From contig CALGRX010000020.1 of the NCBI GenBank assembly GCA_937880755.1, positions 56,119-120,118 on the forward strand: a stretch of DNA of 64,000 nucleotides, written 5' to 3'. Positions within the stretch are counted from its first letter, which is position 1, and every line of letters begins with the position of its first letter. Shown in pieces: positions 29,965-38,594 of the stretch. The notes under the pieces were generated by a model. It saw nothing but the letters and a program-made list of their open reading frames with translations. It did not search any database and was not told the origin of the DNA. The translations under genes were made by a program, and so were the position numbers. This DNA comes from an uncultured Clostridia bacterium (GTDB lineage Bacteria; Bacillota; Clostridia; Christensenellales; UBA3700).

Positions 29965-30288
29965 TTATAGACCTATGTTGCCAAAAGCTCCCATTTTTTC
30001 TTCTTTGATAGCGTCGGCTTGAGAGAGCGCGTCGTTGACCGCGGCAACTACGAGGTCCTCTAACATTTCTACGTCGTCAGGGTCTACTGCCTCGGGTTTG
30101 ATGGATATTCCCACCAACTTTTTGTCGCAGGTCATAGTAACCTCGACCATAGAGCCACCACTCGTGCCTACCACTTCGGTATTAGCCAATTCTTCTTGAG
30201 CCGCCAGCATATCCTGTTGCATTTTTTGAGCTTGTTTCATCAACTGTTGCATATTGCCCATGCCACCGAAACCGCCGAATTTTCCCAT
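29965..30288 (-). CDS. ybaB: Nucleoid-associated protein YbaB/EbfC
   Basis: 107 aa with [12 protein letters not shown]; lies between dnaX and recR. Confidence 0.95.
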   Translation of the reverse strand: MGKFGGFGGMGNMQQLMKQAQKMQQDMLAAQEELANTEVVGTSGGSMVEVTMTCDKKLVGISIKPEAVDPDDVEMLEDLVVAAVNDALSQADAIKEEKMGAFGNIGL

Positions 30289-30290
30289 AC

Positions 30291-31817
30291 TTATTCTCCT
30301 TCTTTTATAGTTATTTTGTCGTTGCCTACCATATCGGTAATCTTAGCAATACTTTGTTTCATCTCGTCCACTTTGTTGTCGAGTACGATTTTGATGTCGG
30401 TAATTTCAAAATACTCCTTACAGATTATCGACTTAAATTCGTTGACGTAATAGTCGAGTACCGCAAATTGCTTGTCACTAAACACAGTAATTATCAAGGT
30501 ATTGTTTTTGTAGGACAACTGAGTTTTCGTATCCACTTCACTAGCAGTCTTATATGCGACCACCATAGAGCTGTTTTTGCTCAAAACGTTGAGTAGTCTT
30601 CCCCAAACAACGTCCACGTCTAGCTGACAGTGCTCGCCGCCGTTATTTTCGGATAAACTAATCAATCCTCTCACTTTAGATTCTACGTCTTTGAGTCTTT
30701 TGATGATGCCGTCGGTATCTATGCTTACGAACAAATCGCAAGCCTTAACCACAGCCATTTCTAATACAATTTGTCCGCTGCTACTGTATTTTAGCTGTCC
30801 CTCTATATCCATAAAGGTGTCAACCATGTGCACCAATTTGTCGTTGGTACACAAATCTCCGTATCTCACCAGTCGATTGTATATTTCGGTAGGCAAGCCC
30901 AAAATTTTGTTGGCGTTGACGCAGTTTTTTGCAAAGACAACGTTGCGCAAGGTTTTAGCCACGTCTTTGGCAAGCAACGACACGCTTTTACCCATAGAAA
31001 CAATACTTTCTACCGTTTCTAAAGCAGCGCGCACGTCACTCTTGACCAGAGCCTCGACAAGCTTCAAAATCATCGTAGGAGACGAAGCGCCCAGCACTTC
31101 CAATACGTCCTCGTAGCCCACCGGCCCTTCGCAATACGACATACAAATATCAGCTATCGAAAGGCTATCTCTCACGCTTCCGTCACCTGCTTCGGCTATG
31201 AGTTGCAAGGCTTCTTTTTGGTATTGTCTACCCTCTTCTTCAAATATTTTTGTGAGCAAATCCACAAGTTCCGTCGTAGTAAGCAACTTGAAGTCAAGTC
31301 TCATACAACGCGACAAAATCGTTTGAGGGATTTTGTGCACTTCAGTGGTAGCCAAAATAAATACCGCGTGTTGAGGCGGCTCTTCCAACGTCTTGAGCAA
31401 GGCGTTGAAAGCACTTGGCGACAGCATGTGTACCTCGTCTATAATATAGACCTTGTACTTACCTACGCTCGGCGGAAACTTTACCTTTTCTCTTAGGTCT
31501 CTGATATCGTCCACACCGTTGTTAGAAGCGGCGTCCATCTCGATTATATCGAAGTTGTTGGGTGCAGAGAGCGCCTTACATACTTCGCATACTTCACACG
31601 GCGAGCCGTCCTCTCTCGGGTGCAAGCAGTTGATTGCTCTCGCAAAAATCTTGGCGGTCGTTGTTTTACCCGTTCCTCTCGTACCCGTAAACAAATAGGC
31701 ATGCGAAACCTTACCGCTCAAAATGCTATTTTTGAGGGTACGAACGATATGTCGTTGACCTATCATAGTATCAAAGCTAGTAGGTCTGTATTTTCTATAC
31801 AAGCTTACGTGAGCCAT
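30291..31817 (-). CDS. dnaX: DNA polymerase III subunit gamma/tau
   Basis: Contains YRKYRP, Walker A GTRGTGKTT and zinc module CxxC-CxxC. The ATG at 31815-31817 is preceded by AAGAAGG; the track start at 31844 is TTG. Confidence 0.93.
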   Translation of the reverse strand: MAHVSLYRKYRPTSFDTMIGQRHIVRTLKNSILSGKVSHAYLFTGTRGTGKTTTAKIFARAINCLHPREDGSPCEVCEVCKALSAPNNFDIIEMDAASNNGVDDIRDLREKVKFPPSVGKYKVYIIDEVHMLSPSAFNALLKTLEEPPQHAVFILATTEVHKIPQTILSRCMRLDFKLLTTTELVDLLTKIFEEEGRQYQKEALQLIAEAGDGSVRDSLSIADICMSYCEGPVGYEDVLEVLGASSPTMILKLVEALVKSDVRAALETVESIVSMGKSVSLLAKDVAKTLRNVVFAKNCVNANKILGLPTEIYNRLVRYGDLCTNDKLVHMVDTFMDIEGQLKYSSSGQIVLEMAVVKACDLFVSIDTDGIIKRLKDVESKVRGLISLSENNGGEHCQLDVDVVWGRLLNVLSKNSSMVVAYKTASEVDTKTQLSYKNNTLIITVFSDKQFAVLDYYVNEFKSIICKEYFEITDIKIVLDNKVDEMKQSIAKITDMVGNDKITIKEGE

Positions 31818-31840
31818 AACCTTCTTATTTACATTATTTT

Positions 31841-31870
31841 GCAACCGCTACCCCTTAGAATAGCGGTTGC
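31841..31870 (-). terminator. 10 bp stem hairpin after the GPH transporter gene (no clear U tract)
   Basis: GCAACCGCTA-ccccttagaa-TAGCGGTTGC, 18 nt after the stop at 31888 and just upstream of the dnaX RBS. Confidence 0.4.
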
Positions 31871-31887
31871 ATAGTATTTATTATATA

Positions 31888-33585
31888 TTATTGTTTGTCT
31901 TGTTCGTCTGCGGTAGCGTCAACTACAGGTTCATCGGTTTCAACAACCTCAACGACTTCTTCGACCACCTCAATGGTATCTCCGTCAGCGGTTACTTCCT
32001 CAGCAACTTCAACTTCGACAATAGTAGCCTTTCTTGCAGCTACGCGAGCAACTGCTTCTGCTTGAGCCTTTTCGTCAAACTTGTAGAAGAACAAAGGAAT
32101 GATACAAGCGAACATAGACGCACCGCAAAGAAGTGTGGTAGCAAGCCAAGTACCTTCACAAACCTTGCTATACATACCTTGGAATGCTTCTACCGTCAAA
32201 GCCTCACCTTCTCCGGTGTGGAGTTGAGATATATCGAACTTGGTCAAATCAACTTGAATTACTCCGTTTGCAGTAACGTCGAAAGCCTCTGCCTTAATAC
32301 CGCTTTGGAATGCTTCGAGGAAAGATTGGTCGTAACCGAACTCGCCGAGCACCATCAAGGTAACGAAAGCGGTGAGAGCCATACCTATCTTAGAGATAAA
32401 GGTCTGCATTGAAAAGCAGATACCCTCCGCTCTCTCACCCGTCTTGTCTTCAAGATAGTCGATAGAGTCTGCAATCATGGCGTAAGTCAAGATATTACTA
32501 AATCCGGAAGGAACGCCCGCAATTATGATTATGATATAGAAGAATATTTGCGAAACGGGACTAGTACCGTTGGAGCTTCTTCCGATAAAGTACAACAAAA
32601 CGAGGAGCAATCCGCCGATGATATGCGACCAAATAAACACGTTCTTTTTACCAAACTTCTTGGAGAGAATAGGCGTAAGCAAAGTTGCCGCAAGACCGCC
32701 AGGTACTACGAGCAAGAAGATAACGCCCGCAAGAGAGAGGTTCATAAGGTTGTAGTTGGCGTAATAGATGGTGGTGGTCATATATATGGTTCTAAGTCCG
32801 CCGAGCACGCCCACCAAGATAAGGAGCAACAAAGGCTTATTCTTAAAGAGAAGCTTGAGGCTCTTGCCGAGAGAAGTCTTGTTGGCTTCTTCGTCGTAAT
32901 ATCTCTCGGTAGTGGTCTTAAATCCTACGAAGAAGGTAGGGAGAGCAACCAATACCGAAACGATGGCGATAATGAGATATGCAGTCTTATAAGCGCTTGG
33001 GTCAACCGCATCGGTTACGGCAGGGATAATGATAGAAACTACACCGCTACCGATAGTACAAATGAGACGAGCAACGGTAAGCAAAGTATTTCTTTGGTCG
33101 CCGTCCTTAGTCATTGCCGAGCTAAGTCCCCAATAAGGCACGTCTACTATCGTGTACGAGATACCCCAACATAGATAGATAATCGTGGAGATTACGAACT
33201 GAACCTTAATATTGGTGGAGAAAGTCGTAAAGAGCAATACCGTAAAGATACCTACAGGGATAGGCGCATACAGCAAATACGGTCTCATCTTGCCCCATCT
33301 GCTCTTAGTTCTATCAACGATAGAGCCCATAATCGGGTCGTTGAACGCGTCGAAGAGTCTTGCACCAAGGAACATAAAGGCAAGCCACATTGGCGGAATC
33401 ATCGCCACGTCGGTGAGGTAAACCATAAAGAAGGTGGTAACAAGTTGGCAGATTATGTTTTGTCCAAAACCTGCAAAGGAGTAACCGAGAGCTTCCTTAG
33501 GTTGCATTTCATCCTTCTTCTCAGGATTCGTTCCCAAGAATTTGTGAAGGATAGGAAGGTCAAAAACTGATTTTTTTGTACTCAT
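31888..33585 (-). CDS. Glycoside-pentoside-hexuronide (GPH):cation symporter family sugar transporter with an acidic C-terminal tail
   Basis: 565 aa, 12 TM, with the GPH signature FNDPIMGSIVDRTKSRWGKMRPYLL. The tail VEVEVAEEVTADGDTIEVVEEVVEVVETDEPVVDATADEQDKQ is unusual. Confidence 0.85.
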   Translation of the reverse strand: MSTKKSVFDLPILHKFLGTNPEKKDEMQPKEALGYSFAGFGQNIICQLVTTFFMVYLTDVAMIPPMWLAFMFLGARLFDAFNDPIMGSIVDRTKSRWGKMRPYLLYAPIPVGIFTVLLFTTFSTNIKVQFVISTIIYLCWGISYTIVDVPYWGLSSAMTKDGDQRNTLLTVARLICTIGSGVVSIIIPAVTDAVDPSAYKTAYLIIAIVSVLVALPTFFVGFKTTTERYYDEEANKTSLGKSLKLLFKNKPLLLLILVGVLGGLRTIYMTTTIYYANYNLMNLSLAGVIFLLVVPGGLAATLLTPILSKKFGKKNVFIWSHIIGGLLLVLLYFIGRSSNGTSPVSQIFFYIIIIIAGVPSGFSNILTYAMIADSIDYLEDKTGERAEGICFSMQTFISKIGMALTAFVTLMVLGEFGYDQSFLEAFQSGIKAEAFDVTANGVIQVDLTKFDISQLHTGEGEALTVEAFQGMYSKVCEGTWLATTLLCGASMFACIIPLFFYKFDEKAQAEAVARVAARKATIVEVEVAEEVTADGDTIEVVEEVVEVVETDEPVVDATADEQDKQ

Positions 33586-33851
33586 AATTCACATCCCACT
33601 TTTATTATTATATAAAAATATAACACAAATATCATAACATAACAAAAATGATAAGTCAATACCCTCACCCGCCAAAAGCCACTATATTTTACATATTTTT
33701 TTATTCAAAAAAAACCATATTATTACACCGTATTTCTATTTTGATATAAATAATCCAAATAGATGCTCACAACATCTACTTTACCTATCAACGCCCAAGG
33801 TTGATTTTCAAAAAATATCGGCAATTTCGCTTATATCCATATACGTTACAA

Positions 33852-33882
33852 ACAAAAAAATGCGACGCCTCTTGAGCGTCGC
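33852..33882 (-). terminator. mazF terminator
   Basis: Minus strand: GCGACGC-tcaagag-GCGTCGC followed by ATTTTTTTG, 8 nt after the stop. Confidence 0.8.
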
Positions 33883-33889
33883 ACCGTTA

Positions 33890-34231
33890 TCAAAAAAATC
33901 CGAGACTTATCAGCAATGCGTGGTTAATTCTGGTCATCATATCCGTTGGCAATTCACCTATTCTTTCTCTCAGGCGCTGTTTGTCCAGCGTTCTAATTTG
34001 TTCCAAAAGCACCACCGAGTCTTTTGGCAAGCCGTACTCGTTGGCTGACAGCTCGATATGAGTAGGAAGCTTGGCCTTGTTGATTTGAGACGTAACGGCG
34101 GCGGCAATAATCGTAGGGCTGTGTCTATTGCCAATATCGTTTTGGACAATGAGTACGGGTCTTACACCGCCTTGTTCGCTTCCTACCACCGGGCTAAGGT
34201 CTGCGTAATACAGTTCTCCTCTCTTAATCAT
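33890..34231 (-). CDS. mazF: MazF/EndoA (PemK family) mRNA interferase toxin, without an adjacent antitoxin gene
   Basis: 113 aa. [61 protein letters not shown] is very close to my memory of B. subtilis EndoA/NdoA. RBS GGAGAG. Confidence 0.9.
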   Translation of the reverse strand: MIKRGELYYADLSPVVGSEQGGVRPVLIVQNDIGNRHSPTIIAAAVTSQINKAKLPTHIELSANEYGLPKDSVVLLEQIRTLDKQRLRERIGELPTDMMTRINHALLISLGFF

Positions 34232-34313
34232 AGTCTCTCCACTCGTTGAATTGCCCTATCCTATTGTATGACAAGATAGCGACAATGGTTATTGTGGACA
34301 AGTATGATTGATT

Positions 34314-35816
34314 TTATTCTCTACCCCTCGCGATACTTTCCAAATCTCGGACAACTTCCCCTACTTCTCTTGCGCAATCCGAAGCAAGCGTCCCATATTC
34401 TCCATATTTTCCGCTCGCTCTTTTGGCGCTATCGGCGCATATAAACGCGCCCGTTGCGGTAGCCTTTATAGGATTGAGACCTCTTGCGAGTAGTCCGACT
34501 ATCACGCCCGACAGCACGTCGCCCGACCCTCCTTTAGCTTGTGCGGGAGTGCCGTTGGTCACAATATAGGTATCTTGTCCGTCGGTTACTACGCTAGAAG
34601 TGCCTTTGAGCAAAACGACTACGTTATGCTCTTTGGCAAAGTTCTCGGCAACGCAAACGGGGTTAGCCAATACTTCACTTACGCTAATACCGCACAACCT
34701 AGACATCTCCTTAGGATGAGGGGTAATCACTACGCTCCCGACTTTGTCGTCGAGCAAATACTCGTGTCCTTGCAGACTATTAAGTCCGTCGGCGTCTATC
34801 AAAATACTGCCGTCAAAGTGAGCTAGGAGATAACTTATCACGGATCTATTGTCGTCAAAGTTCTCGCCCATTCCCATACCGACGGCAACGGCGGTTGCGC
34901 TTTGCACTAGCCTATCCAACGCCGGTTTATCGAAGATAATATGCTCGTCCCTACTCGCCATAGGAAAAATCGTACTGTCAACCACGCAATTTCTCAAGTT
35001 GTCAGCCAAACTGCTTGGCACGGCAACGCAGTTGAGTCCGCATCCGCATCTAAGTGCCGCCTCTCCCGTTTGCGCAAGTTTGACCGCCCCTATATATTGA
35101 GCGCATCCTCCGATTATTACGCTCTTGCCATAGCTTCCCTTGTTGGTATTGTTTAGCCTTGGAGCAAAACAGTCCGCGCAATATTCTCTATCTACGATAT
35201 ATTCTCTCTTGCCGACAATCTCTATACCAATGTCGGCTACAACCACCTTACCGCAATTATCCTTGCCGTAAGAGAGCAAATGCCCACGCTTTAAACTTTG
35301 GATTGCCACGGTTAGGTCGGCTTGCACGCAATCAACGCCTAGTCCGTTGTCGCTATTTAGTCCGCTAGGAATATCTACGCTCACAACGTATGCACGACTA
35401 TCGTTGATACTATCAAAAATCTTTTGAGTCACGCTATCGACTTGCCTATCGAAGCCTACGCCGAATATGCAATCTACGAGTATATCGCAGTCGTAGTCAC
35501 ATTGCGATATATCGCGTGCGCTCACGCCTAAATTATATAATTTATCAACAAATATTTTGCTCGTACTCGACCTATTTTCTCCCACGGCAAATACGCAAAA
35601 ATCATATCCGTTTTCCGCCAAAATGCACGCCAAAGCATAGCCGTCTCCGCCGTTATTGCCCTTTCCGCATAGTATATAGGTCTTTTTATTAGTCCAATCC
35701 ACGCTGTCGTAGACGCATTGAGCGGCTCTTTGCATCAAGATATCGCCGCCAACGCCACCCTCGATAGTGAGTCTATCGCTCTCTTTCATCACGCTAGCAC
35801 TTACGCAAAAATTCAT
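34314..35816 (-). CDS. nnr: Bifunctional NAD(P)H-hydrate repair enzyme Nnr (epimerase + ADP-dependent dehydratase)
   Basis: YjeF-N (GKGNNGGDG) and YjeF-C carbohydrate kinase (GGSGDVLSG) domains. The start is uncertain: the ATG at 35816 gives MNFCVSASVMKESD, and the track start at 35921 adds 35 unconserved-looking residues. Confidence 0.85.
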   Translation of the reverse strand: MNFCVSASVMKESDRLTIEGGVGGDILMQRAAQCVYDSVDWTNKKTYILCGKGNNGGDGYALACILAENGYDFCVFAVGENRSSTSKIFVDKLYNLGVSARDISQCDYDCDILVDCIFGVGFDRQVDSVTQKIFDSINDSRAYVVSVDIPSGLNSDNGLGVDCVQADLTVAIQSLKRGHLLSYGKDNCGKVVVADIGIEIVGKREYIVDREYCADCFAPRLNNTNKGSYGKSVIIGGCAQYIGAVKLAQTGEAALRCGCGLNCVAVPSSLADNLRNCVVDSTIFPMASRDEHIIFDKPALDRLVQSATAVAVGMGMGENFDDNRSVISYLLAHFDGSILIDADGLNSLQGHEYLLDDKVGSVVITPHPKEMSRLCGISVSEVLANPVCVAENFAKEHNVVVLLKGTSSVVTDGQDTYIVTNGTPAQAKGGSGDVLSGVIVGLLARGLNPIKATATGAFICADSAKRASGKYGEYGTLASDCAREVGEVVRDLESIARGRE

Positions 35817-36015
35817 AATCCACCTCAACGATATTTTATTACTATCTTCCCTCACTGTCAAGGTCAAAGTATTATTGCAAAAGCTTACACGCTTCCAAAA
35901 TAGCTTTACTTTATAGTGCAAGTTGCCGAAATAAACTACAGCTACTTATCGAGTTTTTCTGTCGCAACTACGATTACAACAAGATACCCGATGCTCCTCA
36001 AAAAAAAACAGAGAG

Positions 36016-36633
36016 TCATCTCTCTGCCTTAAGTCTATCTATTACGCCAAATATCTTGTCGCTCGAGAAACCTCTTGCGTGCAAAAATCTCGCCAATCTC
36101 GCCACGTATTTAGGGTCGTCTAAATCTTTGCCCTTTGCGTGTTTGCTTGCCACCTCGTATATCGCGTCGTCGCCGTCATCGTCCAAGTCTTTTAGCACTT
36201 GCGCAATAATGTCCTTGGATATTCCTTTGGCAATGAGTTCGCTTCTAATACGACTTGCGCCCTTGACCACCTTGTTGTATTCCACGTAGCATCTTGCCCA
36301 CTCTAGGTCGTTGATATAGCCGTACTCTATTGCTTTGGACAAGCAATACTCGACTATCGGCTTGTTGTAGCCCTTGTCGTAGAGCTTGCTCTTTAGCCCA
36401 TTGGCAGTAGGCGTGTAGCGAGATATGTACGACAAAGCCCAATTCCACGCCTTGTCCTTTTCACTCTCGAATATCAACTCTTGCAAGTCGCTATCACTGA
36501 GCATACTACCGACTTTGATATTGTTGGAGGCCAGCACTATTCTCGAAATTCCGCAACAAAACTCGCCGTCAAGATAGAGGTTAGCTCGGTCAATATTGCT
36601 TGACTGAATGAGTATAGCAGTAACTTCTCTCAC
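36016..36633 (-). CDS. recX: RecX family regulatory protein
   Basis: 205 aa with helical repeats typical of RecX. The GTG start overlaps the ygiQ stop by 1 nt (TAGTG). Confidence 0.7.
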   Translation of the reverse strand: MREVTAILIQSSNIDRANLYLDGEFCCGISRIVLASNNIKVGSMLSDSDLQELIFESEKDKAWNWALSYISRYTPTANGLKSKLYDKGYNKPIVEYCLSKAIEYGYINDLEWARCYVEYNKVVKGASRIRSELIAKGISKDIIAQVLKDLDDDGDDAIYEVASKHAKGKDLDDPKYVARLARFLHARGFSSDKIFGVIDRLKAER

Positions 36634-38594
36634 TATTTACCTCTCTTTTTTGGGGTTGATTTACCCTTGGCGCGCTTTTTGTCCGAGTTGATTTTATCTA
36701 TCTTGGCTTGGTCTACGTACACCACACCGCTACGAGTTTTGACGGCTTTTTTACCACTCGCATTCTTCGGCTTTTGCTCTAAATAGCCCGACTTTGCCTC
36801 TTCTTTTAGCGGTTTGATAAGACACGAGTATTTGAAACCTATTAGGTCTTGTCTACCCGCCTCGATAAGAGCCTCCTTGACTAGATTGTAGTTTTCCTTT
36901 TTTCTATACTGCATCAACGCCCTTTGCAGTTGCTTTTCCCTTTTGTTCCTCGGCACGTACACCTCTTGCATTGTGTCGGGATTGATACCCGTATAGTACA
37001 TACACGTCGACTTGGTGGACGGGGTTGGATAGAAGTCTTGCACTTGCTCGGGCATATATCCTATCGACTTGAGATAGAGTGCTAGATTGATTGCGTCGTC
37101 TAGCGTACACCCCGGGTGCGAAGAGATAAGGTAAGGCACGAGATATTGCTTTTTGCCTAGCTTTTTGTTGATATCGTCAAACTTTGTCTTAAATCTAAGG
37201 TACAATTCAAAGTTTGGCTTATTCATATTCTTCAGCACGTTGTCGCTGACGTGCTCGGGGGCGACTTTGAGTTGTCCCGACACGTGGTATTTGATTACCT
37301 CTTCAATAAACTCGTCGCTCTCGTCGTATATAGCGTAGTCGTATCTTATACCGCTACGTATAAACACCTTCTTTACACCTTCCAACTTCCTTAAAGTGCG
37401 TAGCAAATCGAGATACTCGCTATGGTCGACTTTCAAATTAGGACAAGGCTTGTAGCCGATACATTGCCTATCGGGACACACTCCTTTATCCCATTGTTTA
37501 GAGCAAGCGGGGTCGCGGAAATTGGCTGTTGGTCCGCCCACGTCGTGGATATATCCTTTGAAGTCGCTATCCTTAGTAAATTCTACCGCCTCTTGCACTA
37601 TGCTTTCTTTGGAACGTTTTTGTACCACTCTGCCTTGATGATATGCAATGGCGCAATAGTTGCAGTTGCCGTAGCAACCGCGCACCGAGGTGATACTATA
37701 CTTGACCTCTTCTATGGCAGGTACGCCCTTGGTATACTTGGGGTGATAGGTTCTCTCGTAAGGTAAGGCGTATATCTCGTCCATTTCCTTGCTAGACATA
37801 GGCAGTTGCATAGGATTTTGCACCAGATACTTGTCGCCGTGTTTTTGAAGAACAACCTTGCCGTGAGCGTGGTCGTTGGTCTTGGTCTGGGTATTGAATG
37901 CTCTCACGTAAGCGAGTTTGTCGCTCTTGACTGCCTCGTAGCTCTCGCAAAATACAGCTTTATGGTTATCTACGTCCTCTTTGATTTTGCTTGGTAGCGT
38001 GTCGAAGTCACTGAGATAGCAAGTACCTCTCACGTCCTTGATTTTGGACAGCGGAACGCCTCTTTTGAGATAATTGCAAATATCTTTGATAGGTCGCTCG
38101 CCCATACCGTATATCAGCAAGTCGGCTTTGCTCGACACGAGTATGCTCGGCAAAACCTTGTCCGCCCAATAGTCGTAGTGTGCAAATCTTCTTAGCGAAG
38201 CTTCTATTCCGCCTATTACGATAGCGCTATCGGGATAGAGTCTTTTTAGCGTGTTGCAATACACGTCTACGGCTCTGTCGGGGCGTAGCCCTGCTTGTCC
38301 GCCCTCGCTGTACACGTCGCGACTTCTTCGTATTTTGGCAACGGTATAATTGTTGACCATACTGTCCACCACACCGCTTGACACCAAAAAGCCCATCTTA
38401 GGCTCACCGAAAATACGATAATCATCGTCCTTTTGCGGTTGAGTGATTATAGCAATACTGAGACCCATACTTTGTATGAGCCTCGATATTATTGCGTGTC
38501 CGAATGACGGGTGGTCTACGTAGGCTTCGCCTATCACGTACACCAAGTCCACTCTGCCCGACACTTCGTGTTTTTCGGTTGGTAAAAACGCCAT
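36633..38594 (-). CDS. ygiQ: YgiQ family radical SAM protein (UPF0313)
   Basis: 653 aa with radical SAM cluster motif CYGNCNYC and a lysine-rich C-terminal tail. The start overlaps the purL stop by 1 nt (TAATG). Confidence 0.85.
   Translation of the reverse strand: MAFLPTEKHEVSGRVDLVYVIGEAYVDHPSFGHAIISRLIQSMGLSIAIITQPQKDDDYRIFGEPKMGFLVSSGVVDSMVNNYTVAKIRRSRDVYSEGGQAGLRPDRAVDVYCNTLKRLYPDSAIVIGGIEASLRRFAHYDYWADKVLPSILVSSKADLLIYGMGERPIKDICNYLKRGVPLSKIKDVRGTCYLSDFDTLPSKIKEDVDNHKAVFCESYEAVKSDKLAYVRAFNTQTKTNDHAHGKVVLQKHGDKYLVQNPMQLPMSSKEMDEIYALPYERTYHPKYTKGVPAIEEVKYSITSVRGCYGNCNYCAIAYHQGRVVQKRSKESIVQEAVEFTKDSDFKGYIHDVGGPTANFRDPACSKQWDKGVCPDRQCIGYKPCPNLKVDHSEYLDLLRTLRKLEGVKKVFIRSGIRYDYAIYDESDEFIEEVIKYHVSGQLKVAPEHVSDNVLKNMNKPNFELYLRFKTKFDDINKKLGKKQYLVPYLISSHPGCTLDDAINLALYLKSIGYMPEQVQDFYPTPSTKSTCMYYTGINPDTMQEVYVPRNKREKQLQRALMQYRKKENYNLVKEALIEAGRQDLIGFKYSCLIKPLKEEAKSGYLEQKPKNASGKKAVKTRSGVVYVDQAKIDKINSDKKRAKGKSTPKKRGK

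Noticed and set aside
30291-31817. Programmed -1 frameshift site in dnaX (gamma/tau)
   Set aside because: I found no A-AAA-AAG-type slippery heptamer followed by a stem-loop on the coding strand; only CAAAAAGAAG occurs around 31215.
34232-34440. Hidden MazE-like antitoxin ORF upstream of mazF, possibly overlapping the nnr 3' end
   Set aside because: Hand translation of all three minus-strand frames shows stops throughout. The longest ATG-initiated peptide outside the nnr frame is 14 aa and is not adjacent to mazF.
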